A stretch of DNA of 64,000 nt, from NCBI GenBank assembly GCA_964440985.1, contig CAYTWE010000004.1, forward strand, positions 3,092 to 67,091, in the 5' to 3' direction. A model generated the notes under the pieces. That model had not been told where the DNA came from. It searched no databases and saw only the letters and a program-made list of their open reading frames with translations. The DNA comes from an uncultured Lentisphaeraceae bacterium (lineage in GTDB: Bacteria; Verrucomicrobiota; Kiritimatiellia; RFP12; UBA1067). Shown in pieces: positions 1-10,404 of the stretch; the first letter of the stretch is position 1, and each line of letters opens with the position of its first letter. The translations under genes and the position numbers were made by a program.

Positions 1-551
1 TCGGCGGCAACCTGATCGTCCGTCATTCCAAGGATGTCGTTTCGGATATGCTCAGAGCAGTCGAGCGTGAGCATCGTGTAGCCTTCTCCGAGAGCATACT
101 CCACCTCTGCATCGGTTTTGAGGTGATCGCCGTCCGCGCCATAGCCTTTCCGGAAATCCTCCCTGAACACGGCGCGTGTTGCGCAGTCCAGCACATCGCC
201 GAACGTACGGCCGGTCAGCGTGAGTTCACGTATCGACTGCTGCGCCAGCACCGGCAGGGCATCGAACTTCTCAAAGACGCGAAGATGACCCGGCGTCGCG
301 AGGCCAAGACGGTCGCCCACTCCGACGGTGCGAACGGACGACAGCACCGGTCTTGGCGCACAGAACGGAAAGAGCTTCCTCAGCAGAACCGTATTGGCAT
401 GGTCAAGCGGGTAGAATCCCGCCCCTGCGGCGCAAGTCCCGGAGAATCCGGGATTCGGGCCTGACACCTTGAGAAAATCAGCGTCTTCACCGCGCACCAT
501 TGAAACCGTGGTTTCGCCCAGTCTATGTACGGAACGTGGATATTCGAACAT
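1..551 (-). CDS. Partial CDS (N-terminal 183 aa; the 3' end lies beyond the window start). Hypothetical, possibly a GatZ/KbaZ/UxaE-superfamily sugar-phosphate or sugar-acid enzyme.
   Basis: Stop-free minus-strand reading frame from the ATG at 551 to the window edge. My own translation gives MFEYPRSVHRLGET...GADGDHLKTDAEVEYALGEGYTMLTLDCSEH, with GDHL and LDCS motifs reminiscent of GatZ-like proteins. A GAGAGAGG RBS sits upstream. It is absent from the ORF track only because its stop is off-window. Confidence 0.35.
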   Translation of the reverse strand, partial: MFEYPRSVHRLGETTVSMVRGEDADFLKVSGPNPGFSGTCAAGAGFYPLDHANTVLLRKLFPFCAPRPVLSSVRTVGVGDRLGLATPGHLRVFEKFDALPVLAQQSIRELTLTGRTFGDVLDCATRAVFREDFRKGYGADGDHLKTDAEVEYALGEGYTMLTLDCSEHIRNDILGMTDDQVAA

Positions 552-596
552 CGATAAACCTCTCTCACCGCCTTGCTGCATGAAAAAAACGGCGGA

Positions 597-612
597 TATT
601 TTATACCATGCC
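597..612 (-). promoter_or_regulatory. Extended -10 promoter element (TGGTATAAA) for the partial gene at 1..551, giving a leader of about 45 nt.
   Basis: The reverse complement reads ATGGTATAAAATATCC about 45 nt upstream of the ATG. The same TGGTATAA(T) motif recurs upstream of many genes in this window. Confidence 0.35.
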
Positions 613-808
613 GCCATCTGCGTCAAATCGCCAAAATAGGCGGCATGACCATCCGCAGTCTGCCGCAAAAACTGACACTCCCGAAAAAGACGCGGTCTTC
701 GGCTCCGCTCCGTTTGCCAAATGCCGCCAAACTGCCTGCGAAGTCTCTTTCACATTTGACAAGTCGGCACGAACGGCAGAGCAGACACGCCGAATACGAC
801 GGAATCTT

Positions 809-1957
809 TCAACGCCGCCGCAGCACTATCTCGGTGATCTCGGTTGGATTGAACAGGCGCAAAGGAAATCCAGCCCACTGTCCCGTACCGGGAGAAAGAT
901 TCAAAAACCGCCTCTCGGCAAATTCGTATACGCCATGTGTGCGACCTTCGTTCAATTTCGCTATGAGAGGTCTGAATGGCGGCATTACGCCGCCATGGGT
1001 GTGTCCGGAAAGCTGCAGACGCACATTTGACTGCGCCGCACCTGCAGCCTCTGCCCACGGGCGGTGGCAAAGGAATATCCTGAAAGCGTCATCCGGAACT
1101 CCGTCGAACGCATTGCGGATTCTGATCGCATCCCGGCCACCTGCCGGTCTGCCCAAAAATGCCGGATCCTTCACCGCACCTATCGCGATGGAGTCGCCGC
1201 CACGGCGAACGACGACAGGACCCGATTCCTCCGGGAACAAAATTCCCCATCTCATGAATGCGCTTCCCCAACTCTTCCAATCCCAATAGGCCTCATGGTT
1301 CCCGGTGCAACCTACAACTCCATCCCTCGCTCGAAGGTCTGCGAGCGGCGCAAGGTCGGATTCCCGATCCGTAAAGCGTCCATCCACGAAATCGCCGGTG
1401 ATGGCAACAAGATCGGCATCAAGTGAATTTGCAAGATCAACTATTCGCTCAAAATGTCCGCGTCTTGCAGCCGAGGAGCAGTGCAGATCGCTCATATGCA
1501 CTATGCGGTAGCCGTCAAACGACGCCGGCAACTCGCTCCACGCAAGCTCTACGCGACGGACACTCGGCACACATATGCCCTCATATATCCCCCAGACCGA
1601 CAGCACGGCTGCGACAAGCGCAAGAAAGGCCGTGCGAATGCGCTTTGCGCGAACGGACACGGGATGTCCGCAAACGCGAAACGCACCATCCGCCAGGACG
1701 GCAACAAAGGCAAAAGCCGTGAACAGCATCGCCCATGAATATACGCCGCCATAGCACCAGATGAGGATTGACGGAAGTTCCGGGACGAAACAATCGCCAC
1801 CGGCAAACGAAAAGAACGCGAATTTGCCGAAAGCAAGAGCCAACAGTCCGGAAAACGCCAAAGCCCTGCGCATACGAAGCCGCAAAGGCGCCACCGCCAC
1901 CAACAGCGACAGCAACCAGGCAAACACCGGTATCACCTGAAACGCGAACCGCCACAT
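809..1957 (-). CDS. Membrane-anchored metallophosphoesterase (calcineurin-like, YkuE-type).
   Basis: Motifs GDFVDG, GNHE and GHTHGG follow N-terminal transmembrane helices. I chose the start at MWRFAF (1957) because of an AGGAG RBS 9 nt upstream and the TGTGGTATAAT -10 at 2027-2038. Confidence 0.7.
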   Translation of the reverse strand: MWRFAFQVIPVFAWLLSLLVAVAPLRLRMRRALAFSGLLALAFGKFAFFSFAGGDCFVPELPSILIWCYGGVYSWAMLFTAFAFVAVLADGAFRVCGHPVSVRAKRIRTAFLALVAAVLSVWGIYEGICVPSVRRVELAWSELPASFDGYRIVHMSDLHCSSAARRGHFERIVDLANSLDADLVAITGDFVDGRFTDRESDLAPLADLRARDGVVGCTGNHEAYWDWKSWGSAFMRWGILFPEESGPVVVRRGGDSIAIGAVKDPAFLGRPAGGRDAIRIRNAFDGVPDDAFRIFLCHRPWAEAAGAAQSNVRLQLSGHTHGGVMPPFRPLIAKLNEGRTHGVYEFAERRFLNLSPGTGQWAGFPLRLFNPTEITEIVLRRR

Positions 1958-2026
1958 AACGCTGCACTCCTTCCGTTTTACAAGGCGGCCCGCTTCCAGC
2001 AATCGCACATCCGCCAAATGCCGCGC

Positions 2027-2038
2027 GATTATACCACA
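2027..2038 (-). promoter_or_regulatory. Extended -10 (TGTGGTATAATC) promoter for the metallophosphoesterase gene.
   Basis: The reverse complement is TGTGGTATAATC, about 55 nt upstream of the RBS/ATG at 1957. Confidence 0.5.
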
Positions 2039-2109
2039 AACTCAGTCACTTAAATGCACATGACGCAATCAAAAGCCGGCAACAGGCAATCAATGCGCAA
2101 ATCCACATA

Positions 2110-5100
2110 TTAACCATACTCACGGAGCGTACGTACGCCAGTGCCGCCGAACTGCCTCTCATCCTCAAGCCCAGCCAACGCGGCGGCAAATCCAGCCATC
2201 GTCGTTGTGACGGGAATCCCCGCCGCGACGGCCGCCGCCCTCATTCGCCGCCCATCAGCCTCCGCTTCTCCGCTTGTCTCGGACGTGTTGACTATCCACG
2301 CAATTTCACGGCGGCGAATGAAGTCGAGAGCGTTCGGACGCCCCCGCGAAATCCTGAACGCCGCACGGGACTCTATCCCCGCCTCCCACAGATGCGTTGA
2401 TGTGCCGCGTGTCGCGCAAAGCGAGTACCCCATCTTCACAAGTCTGCGGACAAGCGGAACGGCAGACTCCTTGTCCTCATCCTTGAGGGACAGAAACACA
2501 GTCCCTTTAAGCGGAAGCGGGCTGCCCGCCGCGATCTGGCTCTTGAAATAGGCGCTGTCCGGATCATCGTCCATCGCCATGACTTCACCGGTCGACTTCA
2601 TTTCCGGAGAAAGCCCGATATCCACACCAGGGAATTTCACGAACGGAAACACCGCCTCCTTCACAGAATAGTGCTTCGGCAAGACCTCCGACGCAAACCC
2701 GATCTCATTCAAAGTCTCACCGACCATGCACCGCGCCGCATACCCTGCGAGCGGAACGCCTATCGCCTTCGAGACGAACGGCACGGTACGCGATGCGCGA
2801 GGGTTGACCTCTATCATCCATATCGTCTCCTTGCCGGCAGAATCGCGAGTGACGGCGAGCTGGATGTTCATAAGCCCTACGACGTGAAGACGCTCGGCGA
2901 AAAGCCTTGCATAGCGCTTCACCTCCTCGATTGTGCTTTGCAGGAGCGAGACGGGCGGAGTGATTGCGGCTGCGTCACCTGAATGGCATCCCGCCGCCTC
3001 GACGTGTTCAAGTATTGCGCCCACGACTGTGGTTTTGCCGTCCGATATGCTGTCCACATCAAGCTCGACCGCATGTTCAAGGAACTTGTCGATAAGAATC
3101 GGCTTTCCGTCCGAAGCGGCGACTGCATCGGCGACATAGCGTTCGAGTTCACCCTCCGCGTACACAATCGCCATGCCTCGTCCCCCAAGCACGAAACTCG
3201 GGCGCACCAGCACCGGATATCCGATGTCCGCCGCAATGCGTCTTGCATCGTCTACGGAATGTGCAATGCCCGAAGGTGGCTGGCGCATACCGACTTCGGA
3301 GACAAGCGTCTTGAAGAAGTCCCTGTCTTCAGCAAGGTCGATATCCTCAGGCGATGTGCCGATGATGTTCGCTCCCGCCGCCTTCAGCCTTTTAGCAAGG
3401 TTAAGCGGAGTCTGTCCGCCATACTGCACAATCGCTCCGTCGCACCCTTCCCGGTCGTATATCTCCATTACGTCCTCAAACGTCAGAGGCTCGAAATACA
3501 GGCTGTCGGACGTATCATAGTCCGTCGAGACGGTCTCCGGGTTTGAGTTCACCATCACAACCTCAAAGCCTCGTCTGCGAAGCGCGTATGCCGCATGGCA
3601 GCAGCACCAGTCGAACTCAATCCCCTGTCCAATCCGGTTAGGCCCGCCACCGAGAACCATGATCTTCCTTTTTGCAGAACCGGACTGCCTTTCCTGCGTC
3701 GGCAACCGCTCAGAGAAATCATAGTATGAGTAGTAGTACGGCGTTCGCGCCTCGAACTCGCCGGCACAGGTGTCGACCTCGCCAAACTCCGGACGGATGC
3801 CGAGCGCCAATCTTCTCTCGCGGACGGTCGCTTCGTCTTCGCCGACGGCATCGGCAATCTCCGCGTCGCTGAATCCGAACACCTTGGCCTGCCGCAGCAA
3901 TGATACGGCCTGTCCGTACATGGCTTGGTCTGCATCATTGCCGTTATCCGATTTCGCCAATCCGGCAAATACGCTCCTTTGGCTTTTCAGAAACGCCCTG
4001 AACGCCTCTATCTCATCGAGTTCACGCCTGAACCACGGATCGAACGATGAGGCATCGTGGTATTTGAGCGGAGCCTCAAGCGAGCGCACCGCCTTGAGGT
4101 ATGCCTGCTTGAAATTGCGCCCTATCGCCATGACCTCGCCGACGCTCTTCATCTGCGTACCGAGCCGTACGTCAGCGCCTGGGAACTTCTCGAATGCGAA
4201 GCGCGGGATCTTCACAACCACATAGTCGAGCGCCGGTTCAAAGCAGGCGGGCGTATGTCCCGTGATGTCGTTCTTGAGTTCGTCCAGCGTATATCCAACG
4301 GCGAGCAGCGCAGCGATCTTTGCAATCGGGAATCCCGTCGCCTTCGATGCAAGAGCGGATGAACGTGATACTCGCGGATTCATTTCTATGATGATGCGCC
4401 GCCCCGTCTTGGGATTTACCGCCCACTGCACATTCGAGCCGCCGGTCGCTATGCCTATCTTCTCAAGTACGGCGATCGAATCGGTGCGCATCTCCTGGTA
4501 CTCCCGGTCGGTCAGGGTGAGAATGGGCGCGACGGTTATCGAATCTCCGGTATGTACGCCCATCGGGTCGCAGTTTTCGATGGAGCATACGATCACGGCA
4601 TTGCCTGCCTTGTCACGCATGACCTCCATCTCATATTCCTTCCACCCTATCAGCGACTCCTCGATCAGCACTTCACTGTTGAGCGACGCATCAAGCCCAC
4701 GCGTCACGATTGCGCGGAACTCGTCCTGATCATGCGCAATGCCTCCGCCAGTGCCGCCAAGCGTAAACGCCGGTCTGACAATAAGCGGCCACGTGCCGAT
4801 CGTGCTGGCCACGGCATCCGCCTCCTGCAAGGTATGAGCAATGCCGCTCTGCGGCTGATCCATGCCTATCTCGCGCATCGCGTCCTTGAACTGCTGACGG
4901 TCTTCGGCCCTATCTATGGCTTCCGCCTGCGCCCCTATCATCTCGACGCGATAGCGCTTGAGAATGTTCTTCCTGAAAAGCTCCATGGCCAGATTCAGCG
5001 CAGTCTGCCCGCCAAGCGTCGGCAGCAGCGCGTCTGGACGTTCGCGACGGATGATTTCGTGCAAAGTGTCGACAGTAAGCGGTTCGATGTAGACCCTGTC

Positions 5101-5295
5101 GGCCTTGATGCCGTCGTCATCGAAGTCATCCGTCATGACTGTCGCGGGATTGGAGTTGACAAGCACCACCTCATAACCTTCGCGTTTGAGGGCCTTCACG
5201 GCCTGCACTCCGGAATAGTCGAACTCACATCCCTGCCCAATGACTATCGGACCGGCGCCAATTATGAGAATCTTCTTGATGTCAGTGCGTTTCAT
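2110..5295 (-). CDS. carB: Carbamoyl-phosphate synthase large subunit.
   Basis: 1,061 aa with two ATP-grasp halves and the N-terminus [29 protein letters not shown], ending in an MGS-like domain. Confidence 0.95.
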   Translation of the reverse strand: MKRTDIKKILIIGAGPIVIGQGCEFDYSGVQAVKALKREGYEVVLVNSNPATVMTDDFDDDGIKADRVYIEPLTVDTLHEIIRRERPDALLPTLGGQTALNLAMELFRKNILKRYRVEMIGAQAEAIDRAEDRQQFKDAMREIGMDQPQSGIAHTLQEADAVASTIGTWPLIVRPAFTLGGTGGGIAHDQDEFRAIVTRGLDASLNSEVLIEESLIGWKEYEMEVMRDKAGNAVIVCSIENCDPMGVHTGDSITVAPILTLTDREYQEMRTDSIAVLEKIGIATGGSNVQWAVNPKTGRRIIIEMNPRVSRSSALASKATGFPIAKIAALLAVGYTLDELKNDITGHTPACFEPALDYVVVKIPRFAFEKFPGADVRLGTQMKSVGEVMAIGRNFKQAYLKAVRSLEAPLKYHDASSFDPWFRRELDEIEAFRAFLKSQRSVFAGLAKSDNGNDADQAMYGQAVSLLRQAKVFGFSDAEIADAVGEDEATVRERRLALGIRPEFGEVDTCAGEFEARTPYYYSYYDFSERLPTQERQSGSAKRKIMVLGGGPNRIGQGIEFDWCCCHAAYALRRRGFEVVMVNSNPETVSTDYDTSDSLYFEPLTFEDVMEIYDREGCDGAIVQYGGQTPLNLAKRLKAAGANIIGTSPEDIDLAEDRDFFKTLVSEVGMRQPPSGIAHSVDDARRIAADIGYPVLVRPSFVLGGRGMAIVYAEGELERYVADAVAASDGKPILIDKFLEHAVELDVDSISDGKTTVVGAILEHVEAAGCHSGDAAAITPPVSLLQSTIEEVKRYARLFAERLHVVGLMNIQLAVTRDSAGKETIWMIEVNPRASRTVPFVSKAIGVPLAGYAARCMVGETLNEIGFASEVLPKHYSVKEAVFPFVKFPGVDIGLSPEMKSTGEVMAMDDDPDSAYFKSQIAAGSPLPLKGTVFLSLKDEDKESAVPLVRRLVKMGYSLCATRGTSTHLWEAGIESRAAFRISRGRPNALDFIRRREIAWIVNTSETSGEAEADGRRMRAAAVAAGIPVTTTMAGFAAALAGLEDERQFGGTGVRTLREYG

Positions 5296-6931
5296 GTGCT
5301 ATTGCCTCGGCTACAAGCCCGCAGAACAGCGGATGCGGTTCGGTCGGACGCGATTTGAACTCAGGATGGAACTGGCAGGCGATGAAGTACGGATGCGACG
5401 GCAGCTCCACAATCTCCGCCAGCGAACCGTCGGGAGACACACCCGACACGACAAGGCCGGCATTCTCCATCGCCTTCTGACATGGCGTCCCGTTCGCAAA
5501 TTCGTAGCGGTGTCTGTGCCGCTCGGATATGTTCTGCCGTCCATAAAGCTTCGCAGCGAGCGAGCCTTTTTTCAAGACGCACGGGAACGCTCCGAGACGC
5601 ATTGTTCCACCCTTTTGCACAACGCCGCGCTGCTCCTCCATTAGATCTATCACCGGATGCGGCGTACCCTCGTCAAACTCGGTCGAATTTGCGTCCCGCC
5701 ACCCAAGGACGTCTCTGGCATACTCGATCACCGTACACTGCATCCCAAGGCAGATTCCGAGAAATGGCACGCCGCGCTCCCGCGCATACCGTATCGCCGC
5801 AATCTTTCCGTCAACGCCCCGGGAACCAAAACCGCCAGGAACAAGGATTCCATCGATGCCACGCATCGTCTGCTCACCGGCAAACTCCTCCGCCTCCACA
5901 GGCACGACCTCCACCCTGCAGTTCATCGACATTCCGGCGTGCTGAAGAGCCTCATGAATCGACTTGTATGCATCGCGTATGGATATGTACTTGCCCACAA
6001 GCGCAATGCGGCAGGACCGCTTCGGCTTCGTCGCCTTGCGAACAAGAGTGTCCCACACCGTATGCCGTATCGGCCATATGTCGAGATGGAGCTGACGCAG
6101 CACCTGTTCATCAAGCCCCTGCTTCCGCAGCTCTCGCGGAACGGCATACACGGAATCGGTGACATCCCTTTCCTCTATCACACACTCGCGCCTGACATTG
6201 CAGAAAAGCGCAAGCTTCCTCAGATGTTCTTCAGGTATTGCCATCTCAGTTCGGCATACAAGGATGTCCGGAACTATCCCGATGTTCCGCAGCATCCCGA
6301 CGGAATGCTGCGACGGTTTCGTCTTAAGCTCCCCGGCGGCCTTCAGGTATGGCACGAGCGTGAGATGTATGAAACAAGTGTTCTCAAACCCCTCCTCAAA
6401 ACGGAACTGACGGGCTGCCTCCAGAAACGGAAGGCTTTCAATGTCTCCGGACACTCCGCCAATCTCGCACAGGACGATATCCGGGCTGCATTCCTTCGCC
6501 CGTCCCGCAGACTTTGCGCCACGTCCGACGTCACCGGCGCTGCGTATCGCCGCCTTTATCTCATCGGTGATGTGCGGCACAACCTGAACAGTTCCGCCAA
6601 GATATCCGCCTGCGCGTTCACGCGCCAGGACGTTCGAGTAGATTCTGCCGGACGTGAAGTTGGATGCCTTTGTGCATGTCACACCCGCAAACCGTTCATA
6701 ATGTCCCAGATCCAGATCCGTCTCAGCCCCGTCATCCGTGACAAACACCTCGCCGTGCTGATATGGGGACATTGTACCCGGATCAACATTGAGATACGGG
6801 TCGAGCTTCTGCATGAACACCTTGTATCCGCGGCTCTTCAGCAGAAGCGCCAACGATGCGCTTGTGATGCCCTTTCCGAGCGAACTCACAACACCGCCTG
6901 TGATGAAAACATACTTTACCGGTCTCTTCAT
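5282..6931 (-). CDS. pyrG: CTP synthase.
   Basis: [22 protein letters not shown]...GHYERF synthetase domain plus a glutamine amidotransferase domain. The start is taken at the internal Met (MKRPVKYVF). The gene overlaps the carB start by 13 nt. Confidence 0.93.
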   Translation of the reverse strand: MKRPVKYVFITGGVVSSLGKGITSASLALLLKSRGYKVFMQKLDPYLNVDPGTMSPYQHGEVFVTDDGAETDLDLGHYERFAGVTCTKASNFTSGRIYSNVLARERAGGYLGGTVQVVPHITDEIKAAIRSAGDVGRGAKSAGRAKECSPDIVLCEIGGVSGDIESLPFLEAARQFRFEEGFENTCFIHLTLVPYLKAAGELKTKPSQHSVGMLRNIGIVPDILVCRTEMAIPEEHLRKLALFCNVRRECVIEERDVTDSVYAVPRELRKQGLDEQVLRQLHLDIWPIRHTVWDTLVRKATKPKRSCRIALVGKYISIRDAYKSIHEALQHAGMSMNCRVEVVPVEAEEFAGEQTMRGIDGILVPGGFGSRGVDGKIAAIRYARERGVPFLGICLGMQCTVIEYARDVLGWRDANSTEFDEGTPHPVIDLMEEQRGVVQKGGTMRLGAFPCVLKKGSLAAKLYGRQNISERHRHRYEFANGTPCQKAMENAGLVVSGVSPDGSLAEIVELPSHPYFIACQFHPEFKSRPTEPHPLFCGLVAEAIAHETH

Positions 6932-7049
6932 GCGAAAACCAGATAGCACACACCGTGCCAAACGCCCACATGCGGCATTGCGCCGCCCGAAAGACCGCAA
7001 ATTTCATCGGCGTGCTACAAGTTCTGCCTATGCGCCACGCCGACTGGAA

Positions 7050-7084
7050 CAGAAAATGTAAAAGCCGCCGTCAGGTCTGGCGGC
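7050..7084 (-). terminator. Rho-independent terminator downstream of rsmI, ending the ASKHA-nahK-dnaB-rsmI transcription unit.
   Basis: On the minus strand the sequence reads GCCGCC-agacctgac-GGCGGC followed by TTTTACATTTTCT. The stem overlaps the rsmI stop codon. Confidence 0.6.
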
Positions 7085-7766
7085 AGAACTTCGGGTTGTT
7101 GCCGGCTATTACGATGGCAACCTCGCCCTTCACCTTTCCGTCCTTGAATTCCGCCACAAGATCGGAAAGATAGCCGCGTGAGACACGCTCATGGAGTTTC
7201 GTCAACTCGATGCACACTGCGGCCTCCCTGTCGCCGAACACGTCATACGCCGCCTGGAGCGTCTGCGCGACACGGAACGGGGATTCGTAGCAGATCAGCG
7301 TATGGTCATGGTCGCGCTCTTCTGCAAACCAGTTCCGCAACGCACCCGGCCCGCGCGGCGGAAATCCCTTGAATGTGAAGGAACTTGTGGAAAGACCGCT
7401 CATCAGCAACGCAACGTTGACGGCGCTCGCGCCTGGTATCACGCAATATGGCACGCGCTCAACCGCGCACTTGCGTATCAGACGGTATCCCGGATCGGAG
7501 ATTCCTGGATACCCGCCATCCGAACAGAGGGCGACATCACCTCCGGCGTTGACCGCGGCGACAATCGTCTCCGCCACCCTGTCTTCATTTCCCTGCCGGT
7601 AGGAGATCATCTCCGGACGCGGTATGCCGAAATGCGTAAGCAGCTGCCACGTGCGGCGGGTGTCTTCGCAGGCTATCAGCCGAACCGACTTCAGGCACTC
7701 GATTGCGCGGGCGCTCATGTCGCCGAGATTGCCGATCGGTGTTGCGACTACGTAGAGCATCGGCAC
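7071..7766 (-). CDS. rsmI: 16S rRNA (cytidine1402-2'-O)-methyltransferase.
   Basis: Tetrapyrrole-methylase fold with MLYVVATPIGNLGD...ACEDTRRT. Confidence 0.85.
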   Translation of the reverse strand: MPMLYVVATPIGNLGDMSARAIECLKSVRLIACEDTRRTWQLLTHFGIPRPEMISYRQGNEDRVAETIVAAVNAGGDVALCSDGGYPGISDPGYRLIRKCAVERVPYCVIPGASAVNVALLMSGLSTSSFTFKGFPPRGPGALRNWFAEERDHDHTLICYESPFRVAQTLQAAYDVFGDREAAVCIELTKLHERVSRGYLSDLVAEFKDGKVKGEVAIVIAGNNPKFCRQT

Positions 7767-7772
7767 ATCCCT

Positions 7773-9281
7773 CTACATCAAATCCTCGACGATTATCTGC
7801 TCCTGATGCATCTCAGGCACGGCAGCCTCGTCCATCTGCCGCTGCACCTCCTCTGCGGCGGCGGTCTCGTCCTTTTGCGACCTGTCGCCGAAACGGACGA
7901 AATCGCGGTAGAAGTTCATCTTCACGTCGCCTGTTTCCCCGTTGCGGTGCTTGGCAACGTCTACGACAGCAAGGTTCTGCGTCTCAACATCGTCACGCGT
8001 CGCCCGCACCATAGACGGACGCCGCAGCATCATCACGACGTCGGCATCCTGCTCGATCGCGCCGGAGTCGCGCAGGTCGGAGAGCTTCGGCACCTCGTTC
8101 TTGTCGCCGCGCTGCTCGTTCGCACGGGAGAGCTGGGAGAGAACTATCACCGGCACCTGAAGCTCCTTGGCCATGGACTTGATCTGTCCGGATATGCGGC
8201 TCACCTCTATCTGGCGGCTCTGCTTTGCGACTTCGCGGCACTGGCAGAGCTGGAGGTAGTCGATTACCACAAGCTCTATTCCGTGCTGACGCTTCATGCG
8301 TCTTGCGCGGGCGCGGAGGTCGGCTATGTCAAGTCCGCTCGCATCGTCAATGTAGATTGGAGCCGTCTTAAGCTCCCCTGCCGCCCTGATGAGCGCAGCG
8401 GTGGCGTCGGCCTTCTCGGACTTCGCCATCAGGTTGCGCGCTATGCGCCACGAACTCACATGTGCGCGTCCGCACAGCATACGCTTCGCAAGCGATTCCG
8501 CATCCATTTCAAGCGAAAAGATCAGCACCGGATGCGGACGTCCCGCATCGCCCTCGAACGGACGCCCGTTTATGTCGCTTCCGAGGGCAACGCATTCCGC
8601 TATGTTCATGGCGAACGAAGTCTTGCCCACCGACGGACGCGCCGCTATGACTATCATCTCCGCCTTCTTCAGACCAAGCAGCTTTTCGTCGATGTACTTG
8701 AAGCCTGTCGGAAGCCCCTCCATCATCCCGGTGGACTCGAAAAGGCGCTCTATCGACTTGAACGTGCGGTCGATTGCGCTCTTCCAGTCCTTCTTGACCG
8801 CAGTTTCGCCGCCAATGCCGAGGAATGCGCTTTCCGCCTCGCCAAGTATCACGTCGGCGTTGCGTCCGTCGCCGCTGTAGCATTTGCGCTCAGTCTCCTG
8901 CGCGGTTGCGATGAGCTTGCGCAGGACGTGCTTCTGCCGCACGATGTCGATGTAATACTCCGCGTGTGCGGATGTAGGCGTACCGGAGACAAGGGATTCG
9001 ACTACTGTGAGCCCTCCGACCGCCTCTAAACGATCCATGGCGCGAAGCCGCTCTATGAGCGTGACGCCGTCCACCGGCATCGTTGCGCGGGACATCTCAA
9101 GGAGCGTCTCGTAGATGATTCTGTGGCGCGGATCGTAGAACGAATCCGGCTCCAGTCCATGCGTGAGACACAGATCAAGCACCCTGGTGTCCTCGCCCGT
9201 CTCCGCATCAAGCAGAATCGAGCCGAGGACACCACGTTCGGCCTCCGCGCTGTGCGGCGGCGTCTTTACGTCGTCCACCAT
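7773..9281 (-). CDS. dnaB: Replicative DNA helicase.
   Basis: DnaB N-terminal domain (ERGVLGSILLD) and a RecA-like C-terminal domain (GKTSFAMNIA, Walker A). Confidence 0.92.
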   Translation of the reverse strand: MVDDVKTPPHSAEAERGVLGSILLDAETGEDTRVLDLCLTHGLEPDSFYDPRHRIIYETLLEMSRATMPVDGVTLIERLRAMDRLEAVGGLTVVESLVSGTPTSAHAEYYIDIVRQKHVLRKLIATAQETERKCYSGDGRNADVILGEAESAFLGIGGETAVKKDWKSAIDRTFKSIERLFESTGMMEGLPTGFKYIDEKLLGLKKAEMIVIAARPSVGKTSFAMNIAECVALGSDINGRPFEGDAGRPHPVLIFSLEMDAESLAKRMLCGRAHVSSWRIARNLMAKSEKADATAALIRAAGELKTAPIYIDDASGLDIADLRARARRMKRQHGIELVVIDYLQLCQCREVAKQSRQIEVSRISGQIKSMAKELQVPVIVLSQLSRANEQRGDKNEVPKLSDLRDSGAIEQDADVVMMLRRPSMVRATRDDVETQNLAVVDVAKHRNGETGDVKMNFYRDFVRFGDRSQKDETAAAEEVQRQMDEAAVPEMHQEQIIVEDLM

Positions 9282-9287
9282 GTCGGA

Positions 9288-10397
9288 TTATGCGCCGGCG
9301 CGGACAATCGCCTCGTATTCGTCCTTCTGAGCCTCCATCGACTCGACCATCTTGAACTGCGTACGGCAGCGCACAAGGTTGTGCTCCGGGTACGCAGTGT
9401 GGAAGTACGTGTCGCCCGCGAGGTAGTCTGTGAGGAAGCGTATCCCGATGGTGAGCGTAATGAGCCTTCCGGAAAACGCAAGGTTGGCCTTCTCCGCCTC
9501 GGTGAGGAACTTCGCCTCAGAGAGATAGCCTTTGACAAGCGCCTCGAAGTACTCCTTGCGGGAGAACACCTTGGACAGATCCTTTTCGTCCTCGGCGGCC
9601 GCCGCAGTTGACGTGCGCACCATGTCGCCGAAGTCGTAGAGAGCACAGCCTGGCATCACGGTGTCGAGATCGATTACGGCAACGCCTTCGCCCGTCGCAT
9701 CGTCGAGCATCACGTTGTTGATCTTCGTGTCGTTGTGCGTGATGCGTTCGGGAATCTCGCCTGCGGCCATCATCTTGACGATCTTGCCGGCCTCTTCCGA
9801 ACGGGCCTCGACGAACGCGAGCTCCGCAGCGACGGATGCCTTGCGGCCAACCTTGTCCTCCGCCGCCGCGACATTAAGCTGCTCAATGCGCGACAGCGTA
9901 TTGTGGAAGTTGGGGATCGTCTCGTAGAGGCGCGGCGCGGGAAGATCCGCAAGTGCGTTCTGGAATCCGGCGAACGCCTTTGCGGCCTTGCGCGCCTGAT
10001 CGGCGTTTTCGATGAGGTCGATAGTCCTTGCGCCGGCGATGAACACATACATGCGCCACCAGCCACCCTCAGGACCACGCGCAACGGGCTGCCCGTCACG
10101 TGACGGTATCACCGTGAGCGTCCGGCGGGACGCATCGTCCGAACCGGCAAACTTGCAGCGTATGTGGTTCGTGACGCGGGCGATGTTCTCCATCACGCGG
10201 TCTGGGCGCGTGAATATGCCGTCGTTGATGCGTTGAAGCACATACGAGACGGGAACGCCGCCAAGGGAAAGGTCGACCTTGAAGGTGTCGTTGATGTGTC
10301 CGGAACCGTACCGGTTCACAGCGACGATGTCGCCGTAGACCTGGAAAAGCGCAATGACCTCACGGAGCTGCTCGTGTGAAAACGTCCTGTTGCTCAT
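9288..10397 (-). CDS. APH-fold anomeric sugar kinase, N-acetylhexosamine 1-kinase (NahK)-like.
   Basis: Motifs GSGHINDTFKV, ITHNDTKINNVMLD, VIDLDTVMPG..YDFGD, AEDEKDLSKV and YPEHNLVRCRTQ match my recollection of Bifidobacterium NahK almost motif-for-motif. A GAGG RBS is present. The gene starts 7 nt after the stop of the upstream gene. Confidence 0.6.
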   Translation of the reverse strand: MSNRTFSHEQLREVIALFQVYGDIVAVNRYGSGHINDTFKVDLSLGGVPVSYVLQRINDGIFTRPDRVMENIARVTNHIRCKFAGSDDASRRTLTVIPSRDGQPVARGPEGGWWRMYVFIAGARTIDLIENADQARKAAKAFAGFQNALADLPAPRLYETIPNFHNTLSRIEQLNVAAAEDKVGRKASVAAELAFVEARSEEAGKIVKMMAAGEIPERITHNDTKINNVMLDDATGEGVAVIDLDTVMPGCALYDFGDMVRTSTAAAAEDEKDLSKVFSRKEYFEALVKGYLSEAKFLTEAEKANLAFSGRLITLTIGIRFLTDYLAGDTYFHTAYPEHNLVRCRTQFKMVESMEAQKDEYEAIVRAGA

Positions 10398-10404
10398 CTT
10401 CGCC

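Noticed and set aside
48-464. 138-aa plus-strand ORF at the window start.
   Set aside because: It is antisense to a clean, stop-free minus-strand coding frame (ATG at 551 with RBS) whose translation has realistic composition. The plus ORF has an R/H-rich artefact composition.
2027-2038. Recurrent 12-mer GATTATACCACA (also at 25535, 54405 and near-copies at 22679 and 52123) considered as REP/MITE-type repeat or mobile-element terminus.
   Set aside because: Every copy is intergenic, in a single orientation relative to the downstream gene, and its reverse complement is a textbook extended -10 (TGTGGTATAAT). Flanks are unrelated and there are no inverted or direct repeat partners, so it is a promoter element and not a mobile repeat.
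7191-9029. 612-aa plus-strand ORF, and similar long plus-strand ORFs (5657..6946, 21456..22712, 24240..26102, 35256..37337, 55888..57843).
   Set aside because: All lie antisense to well-supported minus-strand genes (dnaB, pyrG, DUF1080/kdgK, polA, the GH-like gene, the sialate esterase). Their translations are Arg/Pro/Ala/His-rich and low-complexity, as expected for the reverse frames of 62% GC coding DNA. There are no RBS or promoter motifs.
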